Below, piece by piece: positions 52,247 to 63,265 of a stretch of DNA of 64,000 bases. The notes under the pieces are model-generated. The model searched no databases. It was not told where the DNA came from and was given only the letters and a program-made list of their open reading frames with translations. Numbering within the stretch: the first letter of the stretch is position 1; each line of letters begins with the position of its first letter. The position numbers were made by a program, and so were the translations under genes. This DNA comes from Alphaproteobacteria bacterium (GTDB taxonomy: Bacteria; Pseudomonadota; Alphaproteobacteria; Bin95): contig OZ219788.1 of assembly GCA_964291285.2 (NCBI GenBank), positions 32,001 through 96,000 on the forward strand, read 5' to 3'.

Positions 52247-53678
52247 TCCGGATCGGCCGGGCCGTGGCGGAGCCGCTCCACCGGAAGGTCTCCTCTGTTG
52301 TCGTCCGCCCGGCAGCCAGCGCAACCAGGCCCGGCGCGGGCTCCGAACCCGTCCGCCACACGACCAATGCGCCCTTGCGCCCGATGTCTTCCGCGGAGAC
52401 CCAGGGCGCCTTTCGTTCGTCGGCATCGATGGACACCGAAGGCCCGCCCGGCGCCGCCAGCGCGACCAGACCGGCCTCCCAGACCGGCCCGGCGACGATC
52501 CGCGGCATGGCGCCGGTCTCGTTCTCATATGCACGCAGCAGCCGGGACGCGATCTCGTCCTGCGGCCAAACGACCCGCGAAGGCTTGTCCGACCGCTCGG
52601 CGCGGAGGACCACCGAAGCCGCATAGGCCGCCGGCACCAGAATGAGCAGGCACGCAGCCATGGCCGCAATCCGGGGGAGCCTTCGCCCTTCGAAACGGCC
52701 CGGCAGCAGCGCCAGCAGCAGCAGGCCGGAAAGGTTGAACATGGGCATGCCCCACATGTCCTTCAGGCCCATCCCGGCTACGGCGGCCATAAGCGCGGCC
52801 AGCAGTGCGGGCAGCAGGCCCATGACGATGAGGAACCGGCGCGCGCGCGCCTCTTCCGGGCTCGACCGGAACGCCCCTTTCCCGAACAGCCCCGCCGTCA
52901 GCGCCATCAGCAGGAAGACGGCATGGTCTGCGATCTGGGTGAGGAGGAAAGAGAGCGGCGCCCCTGCCCTGCCCGAGCCGGCCCGCGCCAGCGCATAGTC
53001 GAGCGGCAGGAAATCCGTCCCGACCAGGAACGCCGCCTGCGGCGCGGCAACGAGAGCGAAGACCGCAAGCGCCGCCCACGGTCCGATGCGGACAAGCTGC
53101 GCGCGCGCCTGCGCATCCGCCAGCATCCACAGGCCCGCCGCCGCCAGGACGAGGCCCGAGGAGTATTTCGCCCAGAGCGACAGCCCTGCAAAAACGCCCA
53201 GCAGGAGCCACCAGGTGATGCGGCCGCCCTGCACCGAGCGCCACAAGGCCAGGCATGCCCACGCCCAGAGCGGCATTTGCACGAGGTTGTGGTTCATCTC
53301 CGGGGTTGGCCAGGAGTAGTAGAAAATGCCTGTCAGGAGCAGCGTGCCGGCCACCGCCCGGCCCTGCCCCAGCAGGTCGCGCCCAAGCAGATAGACGGCA
53401 ACGAAACTTGCGACCACACAGGCTTGGGCGAGAGCGTAAGCGGGCCAGAGTGCACCGAAGGAGAGTCTTCGCACGCCTTCCAGCAGCAGTCCCGGCAGGT
53501 TGGGGTGCTTGAAGGTCGCGACGACCCCTTCCCGGCCCCAGACAAGCATCTCGACGACATCGAGCGGCGGCGCGCTGTGGGTCAAAGCAGGCGCCAACGT
53601 CCAGACGAGCGCCTGCGCCACGCACAGCACGGCGATCGCGTGGGCGGGACGCGCGAGTATCTTCTCCGGCAGCGTCAT
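52212..53678 (-). CDS. GT-C fold (ArnT/PMT-like) glycosyltransferase
   Basis: PLDVVE..WG..KHP, AKYS, many TM helices. Confidence 0.85.
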   Translation of the reverse strand: MTLPEKILARPAHAIAVLCVAQALVWTLAPALTHSAPPLDVVEMLVWGREGVVATFKHPNLPGLLLEGVRRLSFGALWPAYALAQACVVASFVAVYLLGRDLLGQGRAVAGTLLLTGIFYYSWPTPEMNHNLVQMPLWAWACLALWRSVQGGRITWWLLLGVFAGLSLWAKYSSGLVLAAAGLWMLADAQARAQLVRIGPWAALAVFALVAAPQAAFLVGTDFLPLDYALARAGSGRAGAPLSFLLTQIADHAVFLLMALTAGLFGKGAFRSSPEEARARRFLIVMGLLPALLAALMAAVAGMGLKDMWGMPMFNLSGLLLLALLPGRFEGRRLPRIAAMAACLLILVPAAYAASVVLRAERSDKPSRVVWPQDEIASRLLRAYENETGAMPRIVAGPVWEAGLVALAAPGGPSVSIDADERKAPWVSAEDIGRKGALVVWRTGSEPAPGLVALAAGRTTTEETFRWSGSATARPIRITWAAVPPRAR

Positions 53679-53715
53679 CGGTAGCGAGGCTCGCCCGCAG
53701 CCTGACCGGGCGTTT

Positions 53716-54180
53716 CTATCCCGCGCCCGGCCTGCGCTGAATCACCGGCATGAGCACGCCCGTCAGCGCCGTTTCCTTGTACTGGTTCCAGGCGCGGAAC
53801 GACATGCGCATATTGCCCCGGTCGGGATGAGACGACGGCAGCAGTTCCAGTACTTTGCAGGTAACGCGGAGCGTATCGCCCGGCCGGACCGCACGTTGCC
53901 AGCGCAACCCGTCCATGCCCTTCCCGCCCAGATTGCCGGACCCGAACACCCGTGCCTGGACAAGCAGGCGGAAGACCACCGCAAGCGTGTGGAAACCGCT
54001 CGCCACCAGTCCGCCATAGATGCTCTCGACGGCGCGCTCCCGGTCGAGATGGAAATATTGCGGGTCGTATTGCAGCGCGAAGTCGATGATGCTGCTTTCG
54101 GTGAAGGTGTAGCCGTCCGTTTCGAAGCGCTGGCCGACCTTGAAGTCGTCGAACCAGCGCCCGGCATCACTCGCTTCCAT
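53716..54180 (-). CDS. MaoC-family dehydratase
   Basis: YDPQYFHLD, GLVASGFHT, VRPGDTL. Confidence 0.9.
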   Translation of the reverse strand: MEASDAGRWFDDFKVGQRFETDGYTFTESSIIDFALQYDPQYFHLDRERAVESIYGGLVASGFHTLAVVFRLLVQARVFGSGNLGGKGMDGLRWQRAVRPGDTLRVTCKVLELLPSSHPDRGNMRMSFRAWNQYKETALTGVLMPVIQRRPGAG

Positions 54181-54620
54181 TACCAGGAGCCGGTGTTCTC
54201 CATCGACGCCCAGGGCTCGGCCGGATCGCGCGGGCCGCCCGCCTGCAGCAGCTCGATGGAAATGCCGTCCGGGGAGCGGATGAATGCCATGTAGCCGTCT
54301 CGCGGCGGGCGGTTAACGGTCACCCCGGCATCGGAGAGGGACTGGCAGAGGCCGTAAATGTCATCGACCTCGAAGGCGAGATGGCCGAAATTCCGCCCGC
54401 CCTTATAGTCTTCGGGGTCCCAGTTGTAGGTGAGTTCCAGCACCGGCGCCTTCGCGTCCCGGGCCACCGCCTCGTCCGCCGACGCGGCAAGGAAGATATT
54501 GGTGTAGCGGCCCTTCTCGCTCTCGGTGCGCCGGGTTTCGACCATACCCAGCAGGCCGCAATAGAAGGCGAGCGACTTGTCGAGGTCCGAAACGCGGACC
54601 ATGGTGTGCAGGTAGCGCAT
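54180..54620 (-). CDS. gloA: Lactoylglutathione lyase
   Basis: YLHTMVRV, ELTYNWD, FGHLAF, SPDGISIEL. Confidence 0.93.
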   Translation of the reverse strand: MRYLHTMVRVSDLDKSLAFYCGLLGMVETRRTESEKGRYTNIFLAASADEAVARDAKAPVLELTYNWDPEDYKGGRNFGHLAFEVDDIYGLCQSLSDAGVTVNRPPRDGYMAFIRSPDGISIELLQAGGPRDPAEPWASMENTGSW

Positions 54621-54670
54621 GGCTGGAATTCTCCTGGATTGGATCGGGCCGGCGGCAGAATAGGCGCGGC

Positions 54671-55447
54671 CTAGCGCCCTTGGAAGACCGGCGCCCGCTT
54701 CTCCATGAAGGCCGTGCGGCCCTCGCGGTAGTCCTCGCTCTCCGACGCCTGCATCTGGAGGTCGCGGTAGCTGTCTTCGGTCTCGGCCATGCGGCCGGCC
54801 GCGACAGCGTTGAGCCCGATCTTGTGGCCCATGATGGAGAGCGGCGCGTTGCCTGCCATGGATTCCGCGAACTCGATCGCGGCCTCGACCGGGTCGCCGT
54901 CCACCAGCATGTCCACGAGGCCCATACGCTCCGCTTCCTCGGCGGTGAAGCGCTTTGCGGTGTACATGATCTTCTTGGCGTTGGTGACGCCGACGATATT
55001 GGCGAGCTTCTGCAGCCCGTCCATGCCATAGACGATCGAGAGGCGCGCCGCCGGGACGCCGAAACGCCCGCTGCGGTCCGAAACGCGGAAGTCAGCGCAG
55101 ACGATCAACCCGCAGCCGCCGCCAACCGCATAGCCGCGGACCGCGGCGATGACGGGCTTGGATATTTCTGCGATGCCGTGCTCCGCCGCGAGCACGGCGC
55201 GGGCATAGTCCGCCGCCTGGTCGGCGTCGCCCCGCACCTCGGCGAATTCCGAGATATCGGCCCCGGTGCAGAAGTTCTCCCCCGCGCCCGTGAGCACGAT
55301 GGCCCGCACGTCGCTGTCCTTGTCCAGCTCGCCGAACAACCGGCCGAGTTCGAACCACATCGCCTTGGTGCAGCAGTTCTTCTTCTCCGGCCGGTTGATA
55401 GTGACGACCGCAACCTGCCCTTGCCGGCGAAGCCTGATCTCGTCCAT
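54671..55447 (-). CDS. Enoyl-CoA hydratase/isomerase
   Basis: FCTGADISE, KPVIAAVRGYAVGGG, EGRTAFMEKRAP. Confidence 0.9.
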   Translation of the reverse strand: MDEIRLRRQGQVAVVTINRPEKKNCCTKAMWFELGRLFGELDKDSDVRAIVLTGAGENFCTGADISEFAEVRGDADQAADYARAVLAAEHGIAEISKPVIAAVRGYAVGGGCGLIVCADFRVSDRSGRFGVPAARLSIVYGMDGLQKLANIVGVTNAKKIMYTAKRFTAEEAERMGLVDMLVDGDPVEAAIEFAESMAGNAPLSIMGHKIGLNAVAAGRMAETEDSYRDLQMQASESEDYREGRTAFMEKRAPVFQGR

Positions 55448-55561
55448 GGAACCTGTTTCTCCCTGTCGGCTGCGCCCGTTATGCCGCGCCGGCGCCGCCC
55501 TTGCCAAGAGAAACCGGTTGGCGAGAATGGCCGCAGGTTTCTGATGGGAGGCAAGAGCGCC

Positions 55562-56734
55562 ATGGCCGGGGCACTGGAAGGGCTTAGAGTCATCGACTTC
55601 ACGACCAATCTTTCGGGACCCTATTGCGCGATGCTGCTGGGCGACCAGGGCGCCGACGTCATCAAGGTGGAGCGCCCCGAAGGCGAGGCGATGCGCCAGA
55701 CGCCGCCCTTCGTGGAGGGCGAGAGCGCGCCCTTCATGCTCTGGAACCGCAACAAGCGCTCCGTGACGCTCGACCTGAAGAGCGAGGACGGTTTCCAGGC
55801 CGCCTGGGACCTTTGCATTTCGGCCGATATCGTGGTCGAGAACTTCCGGCCCGGCGTCATGGCGCGGCTCGGCCTCGGCTACGAGGCGCTGTCGGCGGAG
55901 AACCCCGGCCTCGTGATGACCTCGATCTCCGGCTTCGGGCAAACCGGGCCCTACGGCACCCGCGGCGGCTTCGACCTGATTACCCAGGCCATGTCCGGCC
56001 TCGCCGCCATCAACGGCCCGGAGGACGGCCCGCCCTTCCGCCTGCCCATCGCCATCTCCGATGTCGGCGCCGGCATGTTCGGGGCCTACGCCACCATGGT
56101 CGCCATCCACGGCCGCACCGGGACCGGCAAGGGCCAGCATGTCGATGTCTCGCTTTACGAGAGCGCCATGTCCTTTTGCGTTTATGAGGCGGCGGGCTAT
56201 TTCGCGACCGGCAAGACGCCGGAGCGCATCGGCCAGCGTCATCGCGGCAGTTCGCCTTACCAGATCCTCAAGGCGAAGGACGGCTATCTCGCGGTCGGCG
56301 GCGCGCAGCAGAACCTCTGGTTCCGCATCTGCAACGTGCTCGGCCGCCCGGACCTGCCGGAGGACCCGCGCTTCAGGACGCGCGCCGACCGGGTGGCGAA
56401 CAATGACGAGCTGATCGAGATCTTCGAGGCCGTGATGCAGACCCGCACGCGGGACGAATGGCTGGCCGAGCTCGAGGAAGTTGGCGTGCCGGCGGGCCCG
56501 GTGATGGACCACGGCGAGGTGTTCACCGACCCGCACACGCTTGCCCGCGACATGGTCGTCGAGCTGGACCACCCGGCCGTCGGGAAAATGAACACCATCG
56601 GCACGCCGGTGAAGCTTGCCTCGACACCGGGCGCTATCGACCGGCCCGCGCCGTTGCTCGGCGAGCACACACAGGAGATCCTGGCCGAACTCGCCGCCCG
56701 CAAACGCGCCCCGCTCGCTGCTGCGGAGGAATAG
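55562..56734 (+). CDS. CaiB/BaiF class III CoA-transferase
   Basis: GADVIKVE, NRNKRS, ENFRPG, SGFGQTGP, GFD. Confidence 0.92.
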   Translation: MAGALEGLRVIDFTTNLSGPYCAMLLGDQGADVIKVERPEGEAMRQTPPFVEGESAPFMLWNRNKRSVTLDLKSEDGFQAAWDLCISADIVVENFRPGVMARLGLGYEALSAENPGLVMTSISGFGQTGPYGTRGGFDLITQAMSGLAAINGPEDGPPFRLPIAISDVGAGMFGAYATMVAIHGRTGTGKGQHVDVSLYESAMSFCVYEAAGYFATGKTPERIGQRHRGSSPYQILKAKDGYLAVGGAQQNLWFRICNVLGRPDLPEDPRFRTRADRVANNDELIEIFEAVMQTRTRDEWLAELEEVGVPAGPVMDHGEVFTDPHTLARDMVVELDHPAVGKMNTIGTPVKLASTPGAIDRPAPLLGEHTQEILAELAARKRAPLAAAEE

Positions 56735-56788
56735 CCGCCGCGTTCTCGACAGGCGGCGCGTAAAGGGATAAATCTCACTTCCCCGGTG

Positions 56789-56864
<76 letters not shown>

Positions 56865-56900
56865 CCCATCGAAAACGGGCCGGTTCGGCGGGAGGCAGGC

Positions 56901-58067
56901 ATGGCGCTCAAAGACAGTGCAGACGGAATCCTGGAGGCTGCGGTTTCGAGGGGCGATGTGCCCGGGGTCGTGGCGGGCGCGACCACGGCAGAGGGGACCG
57001 TCTATGAAGGCGGGTTCGGCGAACGCGCGGCCGGCAGCGGCACCGCCATGACGCCCGACACGGTCGGCTGGATCGCCTCCATGACCAAGGCCGTCACCGG
57101 CGCGGCGGCCATGCAGATGGTCGAGCAAGGCAAGCTGGAACTCGACGGACCGGCAAGCGCGGTCATCCCCTATCTCGGCGAAGTCGGGGTACTGGAGGGC
57201 TTCGACGGTGACGGTCAGCCGAAGATGCGTCCGCCAAAACGCCCGGTGACCTTGCGCCACCTGCTGACCCACACCTCGGGCTATGTGTACGAGATCTGGA
57301 ACACGGACATCCTTGCCTTCCAGGAGGCAAAGGGCGCGCCCCAGATCACCAGCTGCGAGAACGCCGCACTGACGACACCGCTGCTGTTCGATCCGGGCGA
57401 GCGCTGGGACTACGGCATCGGCATCGACTGGGCCGGCAAGATGGTCGAGGCGGTGATCGGACAGCGGCTCGGGCAATACATGAAGGAGAACATCTTCGAC
57501 CCGCTCGGCATGGGCGACACCGCCTTCAAGGTCTCGCCTGCGATGCAGGAGCGGCTGGCGACAGTCCATGTGCGCGGCGAGGGCGGCGCCTGGGCGCCGA
57601 TGGAGTTCATGGTCGAGCAGGACCCCGAGTTCGAGATGGGCGGCGGCGGCCTCTATTCCACCGTCGGCGACTATCTCAAGTTCATCCGCATGATCCTGAA
57701 CAAGGGCGCGGCGAACGGCCACCGGGTGCTCAGGCCCGAGACTGTGGAGGCCATGTCGGTCAACAGCATCGGCGACAACCGGGTCGTCAACCTCGCGACG
57801 GCGATGCCGCCCTACTCCAACGATGCGGAGTTCTTCCCCGGCATGGAGAAGACCTGGGGGCTGACCTTCATGATCAACAATGACGAAGCGCCCACCGGCC
57901 GGACGGCCGGCAGCCTCGCCTGGGCCGGCCTCGCCAATTCCTATTTCTGGATCGATCCGGCAAAGGGCATCGGCGGCGTCTACCTCACCCAGGTCCTGCC
58001 CTTCGCCGACGAGAAGTCCCTGCCGCTCTACCTGGACTTCGAAACGGCGGTTTACCGGAACCGGTAG
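56901..58067 (+). CDS. Serine hydrolase (beta-lactamase/esterase family)
   Basis: ASMTK, LLTHTSG, PGERWDYG, WAG. Confidence 0.9.
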   Translation: MALKDSADGILEAAVSRGDVPGVVAGATTAEGTVYEGGFGERAAGSGTAMTPDTVGWIASMTKAVTGAAAMQMVEQGKLELDGPASAVIPYLGEVGVLEGFDGDGQPKMRPPKRPVTLRHLLTHTSGYVYEIWNTDILAFQEAKGAPQITSCENAALTTPLLFDPGERWDYGIGIDWAGKMVEAVIGQRLGQYMKENIFDPLGMGDTAFKVSPAMQERLATVHVRGEGGAWAPMEFMVEQDPEFEMGGGGLYSTVGDYLKFIRMILNKGAANGHRVLRPETVEAMSVNSIGDNRVVNLATAMPPYSNDAEFFPGMEKTWGLTFMINNDEAPTGRTAGSLAWAGLANSYFWIDPAKGIGGVYLTQVLPFADEKSLPLYLDFETAVYRNR

Positions 58068-58075
58068 CCGCGCCG

Positions 58076-59683
58076 CTACGCGGTCTCCGCCGCATAGTCC
58101 TCCACCAGCTGGAATTTCCGGATCTTGCCGGAGCCGGTCAGCGGGAAGGCGGGGACCTCGCGCCAGACGACGGGAGTCTTCTGCGGCGAGAGCCGGGCGC
58201 GGCAGTGGCGGCGGAGTTCCTGCGGGTCCATCGCCCGGCCGGGCTCCATGCGCACGAAGCAGGCGACGATCTCGCCCCACCTGTCGTCCGGCAGCCCGAC
58301 CACGGCGACCTCCGCCACATCGGGGTGCTCCAGCAGCGTGTTCTCGATCTCGGCCGGGAACAGGTTTTCGCCGCCCCGGATGATCATCTCCTTCACCCGC
58401 CCGGTAATGCGCAGATAGCCCTGCTGGTCGAGCGTGCCGAGATCGCCGGTGTGCAGCCAGCCGTCCGCATCGATGGCGTCCGCAGTCGCCGAGGGGTTGT
58501 CGTGGTAGCCGATCATCACGCAGTAGCCGCGCGTGCAGATCTCGCCGACCTCGCCGACGGGCAGGACCCGGTTCCCGCCGTCCACGCTGCGGATTGAGAC
58601 CTCCGTCTGCGGCATCGGCAGGCCCGCCGTGTTGCAGACGATGTCGAGGCTTTCGCCCAGATGGTGCATGGTGACGAGGGGCGAAGCCTCGGTCTGACCG
58701 TAAACGGTCTCGAATTCGCAGCCGAAGCGTTCCCTGGCGTTGCGCACCAGTTCGGGCGCAACCATGGAACCGCCGGAAACCGCGATCTCCACCGAGGAGA
58801 GGTCGAACGGCTCCTGGTCGAGGCATTCCATCATCGCGACAAGCATTGTCGGCACGCCAAGAAGCGCGGTCACCTTCTCGCGCTCGATCAACCGCAGGAT
58901 CGCCGCCGGGTCGAACAACTTGACGAGATACATCGCGCAGCCCGCCTGCAGCGCGCCCAGGGTAATCAGCCCGCAGCCGCTGGTGTGGAACATCGGCATG
59001 AAATTCGCCCAGACCGAGTCCGGCCGCGTGCCCGCACGCACGGCGCAGTAGCGCGCATTGTTGGTGAGCGAGCGATGCGACAGCACGGCCCCCTTGGGAA
59101 AACCCGTGGTGCCGGAGGTGTACTGGATCTGCGCCGCATCGTCCGGCGTCACCTCGGGCAGTTCCGCCGGGCGGTCTCCGATCCTGTAAAGCGCCCCGTG
59201 ATCGTCCAGATCGACGATTTCGCGCACCGCCGCCAGGCCGTCGCAGGCGGCGACAGCGATCTCGGCCATCGGATTGCCCCGGTAGCTTTCCACCGAAAAC
59301 AGCGCGGATGCGCCCGACTGCTCCAGCACGTAGCGCAGTTCGGCCGTCTGGTAGGAGGGGTTGGCCGTCACCAGGATGAGGCCCGCAAGCCCGCAGGCAT
59401 ATTCCATCAGCACCCATTCCGGCACGTTGGGCGCCCACACCACCAGCCGCTCGCCGGGTGCGAAGCGCGACGCCAGCGCCTTGGCCAGACGTTCGCTGTC
59501 AGCCAGCAGCTCCGCATAGGTCCAGCGCCGTCCGTTTTCGCCGTCGAGCTCCACCTCGACCAGCGCCGTGCAACCGCCGCGCCGCGCCGCCATGTCCCTC
59601 AGCTGGCCGCCGACCGTCGTCTCCAGCACGACATCGTCGGTCTGGGCGGGAATGTATGATTCGGTGAGATCGAAACGGTACAT
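58076..59683 (-). CDS. AMP-binding acyl-CoA synthetase
   Basis: YTSGTTGFPKG, YGQTE, TGDLG, IIRGGEN, SGKI. Confidence 0.93.
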   Translation of the reverse strand: MYRFDLTESYIPAQTDDVVLETTVGGQLRDMAARRGGCTALVEVELDGENGRRWTYAELLADSERLAKALASRFAPGERLVVWAPNVPEWVLMEYACGLAGLILVTANPSYQTAELRYVLEQSGASALFSVESYRGNPMAEIAVAACDGLAAVREIVDLDDHGALYRIGDRPAELPEVTPDDAAQIQYTSGTTGFPKGAVLSHRSLTNNARYCAVRAGTRPDSVWANFMPMFHTSGCGLITLGALQAGCAMYLVKLFDPAAILRLIEREKVTALLGVPTMLVAMMECLDQEPFDLSSVEIAVSGGSMVAPELVRNARERFGCEFETVYGQTEASPLVTMHHLGESLDIVCNTAGLPMPQTEVSIRSVDGGNRVLPVGEVGEICTRGYCVMIGYHDNPSATADAIDADGWLHTGDLGTLDQQGYLRITGRVKEMIIRGGENLFPAEIENTLLEHPDVAEVAVVGLPDDRWGEIVACFVRMEPGRAMDPQELRRHCRARLSPQKTPVVWREVPAFPLTGSGKIRKFQLVEDYAAETA

Positions 59684-59734
59684 GGCAGCCTCCCCCGGCC
59701 GGGTGCGAAAGCCTTGTTTGCGATGCCGGCCCCG

Positions 59735-60166
59735 TCAAGCAGTGAAGTTGGCGGCTTTGCCCAGCACAGTCACCAGGCCCGCCGGGGGATCGACGATCAC
59801 ATGGTCGCCGGTGGCGATCAGGCGGGTGATGTCGCCGTCCTCGAAGCGGTCGCAGAGCGCCATGCCGGCGAAGGCGGCGCCCTGCGCCAGGATGGTGTTG
59901 GCGGCGTTGAACAGGATCGCCTTCGGCGCGAGGCCGCGTTCCGCCATCTCGCGCAGCATCCAGGCCGATGCGACGCCGCCCTTGGCGGTGTTCAGCACCA
60001 GCACCCTGTCCACGTAGGAGAGCCCGGCGAGCTTGTGGCCCGGGCGCGAGAAGGTGCCGGCGAGCCGGTCGAGGTCGTAGCGCGCGGAGAAGTCGTCGGC
60101 TGCGACCAGCGCCTCGCCCTCGACCCTCGGCCCGATGCCGTGATGGCAGCGCAGGCGGCGGGTCAC
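59735..60166 (-). CDS. Aconitase X small (swivel) subunit, DUF126
   Basis: VEGEALV..FS..D..HKL.G..KGG; adjacent to the large subunit. Confidence 0.85.
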   Translation of the reverse strand: MTRRLRCHHGIGPRVEGEALVAADDFSARYDLDRLAGTFSRPGHKLAGLSYVDRVLVLNTAKGGVASAWMLREMAERGLAPKAILFNAANTILAQGAAFAGMALCDRFEDGDITRLIATGDHVIVDPPAGLVTVLGKAANFTA

Positions 60167-61407
60167 GGGATACGTCCCGTAACAGCGGCCGTCACGCAGT
60201 CTTCCATGCTGGCGAGCGCCGGCCGGTAGCCGTAACCGCCCAGTATGTTGACGATCTTGACCGAGTTGCTGAGCAGGCGTGTCCAGCCGTTCGCCTCGCC
60301 GATCTCGCGCGCATACTGGTTGTAGAAGCAGGTGCCGCGCAGCACCACAGCGTCTGCTGCCTCGATCCGCCCGACGATGCCGAGCCGCTCGCAGTCCGCC
60401 GCCACGGTGGGCGAGGTGCAGACAACAAGCGCCGTCCGTTCGTGCACCCGGCGGCCTTCCAGAAGCTCCGCGACGCGCGCCATCTCCACATGGCTCAATT
60501 GCGGCGCGGCGAACACGACGACATCCACCTCGTCGCCGCTTGCCCCGAAATTGCCGCTGAGCCCGTCAAGGTCCTTGCGGCCGATCTCGACCGGCTCCGG
60601 CGGCGGGCCGTCGCAGACCGTTTCCAAATCCGGCGCCTCCGGCGTCACGCCGGCGATATGGAAGAGCGGCGTCGAGCCGAAGCTCGCCATGGCGGCGCCG
60701 AAATGCTTCATCTCGTCCGAGGTCGGCGCGCCCTCGATGCCCTCCAGCACCGGCACCTCCCAGTAGGAGCCGCAGAGCCGCCCGATCAGACCGCCGAGCA
60801 CGCCCCAATCCGTCAACCCTTCCGGGCGCTCGCTGACGATGAAGCGCCTGGTCGCGCGCCGGTTGCGATCCAGATGCAAGCCGTAGCGCGGCGTCCGCCC
60901 GGTGAGGCCCGCCGCCAGCGCTGAGGGGCCGCCCTCGAAGTTCGAACGCGCGCCCAGCACACTGTTGCAATAGATCACCACGCCCGTGTCGCCATAGGCG
61001 ACATGCTCGCCCCGCACCGGCGGCATGATCGTCTGGTAGGTGACGCAGCTGTCGGTCATCAGGATGCCGAGGTCCGTGCAGGCGGCGATGGTGCGCCGTT
61101 CGAGGTTCGCCATTTCCTCGGTCTGGCCGAGCGGGTGGTAATGCGAGAGATCGACGCCGCGCGGGTCGGTCAGCATCGGCACGCGCACCCGCCGCTCCGC
61201 CGGCGGATGGGCGGCCAGCCCCTCCAGGAACGCCACGCCCGCCTCGCCGAGCGACTCCGTGTCGGCCATCATGTGCGCCTGGGCCACGGGCACGAAGTCC
61301 GCCGCATCGAACATGCGGCCGACCTCGACCATGTGCTCGACGGCCCAGCGCCGGGGCTCGCCCATCTCCCCGGCCAGCATGGCCTTCTCTTCGTCGTTCA
61401 GCTTCAC
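60163..61407 (-). CDS. Aconitase X large subunit, DUF521
   Basis: EEKAMLAGEMG, SCVTY, YCNSVLGARSN, GRTPRYGLH, GTC. Confidence 0.88.
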   Translation of the reverse strand: MKLNDEEKAMLAGEMGEPRRWAVEHMVEVGRMFDAADFVPVAQAHMMADTESLGEAGVAFLEGLAAHPPAERRVRVPMLTDPRGVDLSHYHPLGQTEEMANLERRTIAACTDLGILMTDSCVTYQTIMPPVRGEHVAYGDTGVVIYCNSVLGARSNFEGGPSALAAGLTGRTPRYGLHLDRNRRATRRFIVSERPEGLTDWGVLGGLIGRLCGSYWEVPVLEGIEGAPTSDEMKHFGAAMASFGSTPLFHIAGVTPEAPDLETVCDGPPPEPVEIGRKDLDGLSGNFGASGDEVDVVVFAAPQLSHVEMARVAELLEGRRVHERTALVVCTSPTVAADCERLGIVGRIEAADAVVLRGTCFYNQYAREIGEANGWTRLLSNSVKIVNILGGYGYRPALASMEDCVTAAVTGRIP

Positions 61408-61444
61408 CGGCCGGAAACCCTCCCCTCGACAGGGAGCGACCTTA

Positions 61445-63262
61445 GCTCGACTTTGTACAAAATTACCTCACGTCCATGTCCAGAAGATCTCGTTTTTGGC
61501 GATTTCGTCGAGGGCCTGTTCGAGCGGGAGCACGATGCCCCCCATGTCTCCGACGTCCTGCCAGGACTGGCGCCAGGACCAGTAGCGCACCCTCATCTTG
61601 TCACCTGAGCCTTTCGGCTGGAGCCTTGCGATCGGTGCCTGCGTGGCCGTGAGATACAGATTGTAGCCGCCGCGCACCCTGGTGACCGTCACGCCCCCGC
61701 CCCTGGATTTGTTGAACGCTTCGATGCGCGCCAGACAGGGGTCGGATGCGGCCATGAAGCAGTGATATCGGATTGGATGGCTTCTGTCGCTGCAGCGATG
61801 CTGATTCACCCGGTCGCATGCGGGCGCCCTTGCATGCCGGATGCTTCTGGATTCGAAGGTCGTCATGACACATTTCGACGACCCTTCGAGCGCCATCGGC
61901 GATCCGGTTCCGCCGTTCCTGATCGACTGGCTGGAGCCCTTTCGAGGCGCCTTCTCATCCCCGACCTGGCGGCTGGTGGCGGTTCTGGTCATGGGAGCGT
62001 TGCTGGCGCCGGGCAAGAGAACCGTGTCGGCCTGCCTGCGGGTGACCGGGCGGGCGATGTGCGAGACATTCTCGTCCTACCATCAGGTTCTCAATCGCGC
62101 CCGCTGGGACCCGCGTGACCTTTCACGCCGGCTCGTGCTCGTGCTGGTGGCGCGGCTTGCCGGGCAGGGACCGATCATCATCGGGCTCGATGACACCATC
62201 GAGCGCCGCTGGGGCGCGCGTATCAAGGCGCGCGGCATCTATCGCGACCCGGTGCGTTCCAGCCATGGCCATTTCGTCAAGACCAGCGGGCTGCGCTGGC
62301 TCAGCTTCATGCTGCTTGTCCCGCTGCCCTGGTCGCCGGGCATCAGGGCCCTGCCCTTCCTGACCATCCTGGCCCCGTCCGAACGCTTCGCCGCCAGGCA
62401 AGGCCGGCGTCACAAGCAACTCACCGACTGGGCGCGACAGGGCATGCTTCAAATCCTTCGCTGGGTCCCGCAACGCGCGATCGTCTTCGTCGCCGACAGC
62501 AGTTTCGGAACCCACGAACTCGCCTGGCGCATCGGACAGCGCGCAACCCTCATCAGCAGGCTGAGGCTCGATGCCAACCTCTTCGCGCCCCCGCCGCCGC
62601 GCGACCCGAACAAACGCGGTCGACCCCGGCAAAAGGGGCCGCCCCTGCCCAAGCTCCAGACCCGCCTTGACGACCCCGATGCCCGCTGGACAAGCATCAC
62701 GCTTCCGCGCTGGTACGGAAGTTCGAAGGAAAAGACACTCCAGATCATCTCCGATACCGCGCTCTGGTATCGTCCCGGCACACCTCCCAAGGCCATCCGA
62801 TGGGTGCTGGTGCGAGACCCGGAAGGCGAGCGGGACCCGCAGGCGTTCTTCTGCACCGACACCAACATGGAGCCGGCCAAGATCATCGCCACCTTCGTGC
62901 GGCGCTGGCAGGTCGAGGTCACCTTCCAGGAACTGCGCGCCCATCTCGGGCTCGAAACACAACGCCAGTGGTCACACGCGGCGATCGCACGAACCACCCC
63001 CGTCCTCTGCGGGCTCTACAGCCTCGTCTGCCTCTGGGCCACAGACGTGCTCTCGACAAACCACCTGTCCTACGCCGCCGCCTGGTACCAGAAAACCAGC
63101 GTCACATTCTCCGATGCAATCGCGGCCATACGATGCCAACTCTGGCTTGGAAACAATTTATCGCGCTCCCCGCCACACCGGGAACCAAACATAATTCCGC
63201 CCGACAAGATAAGGCGGATGCAGTACGCCCTCTGCTTCGCAGCATAATGCACAAAGTCGAGC
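61445..63262 (+). mobile_element. IS701-family element, second copy; transposase 61841-63247, passenger 61468-61755 (-)
   Basis: Same IRs and 1818-bp length; ORF translations identical to copy 1; TTA on both sides. Confidence 0.92.
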
Positions 63263-63265
63263 TTA

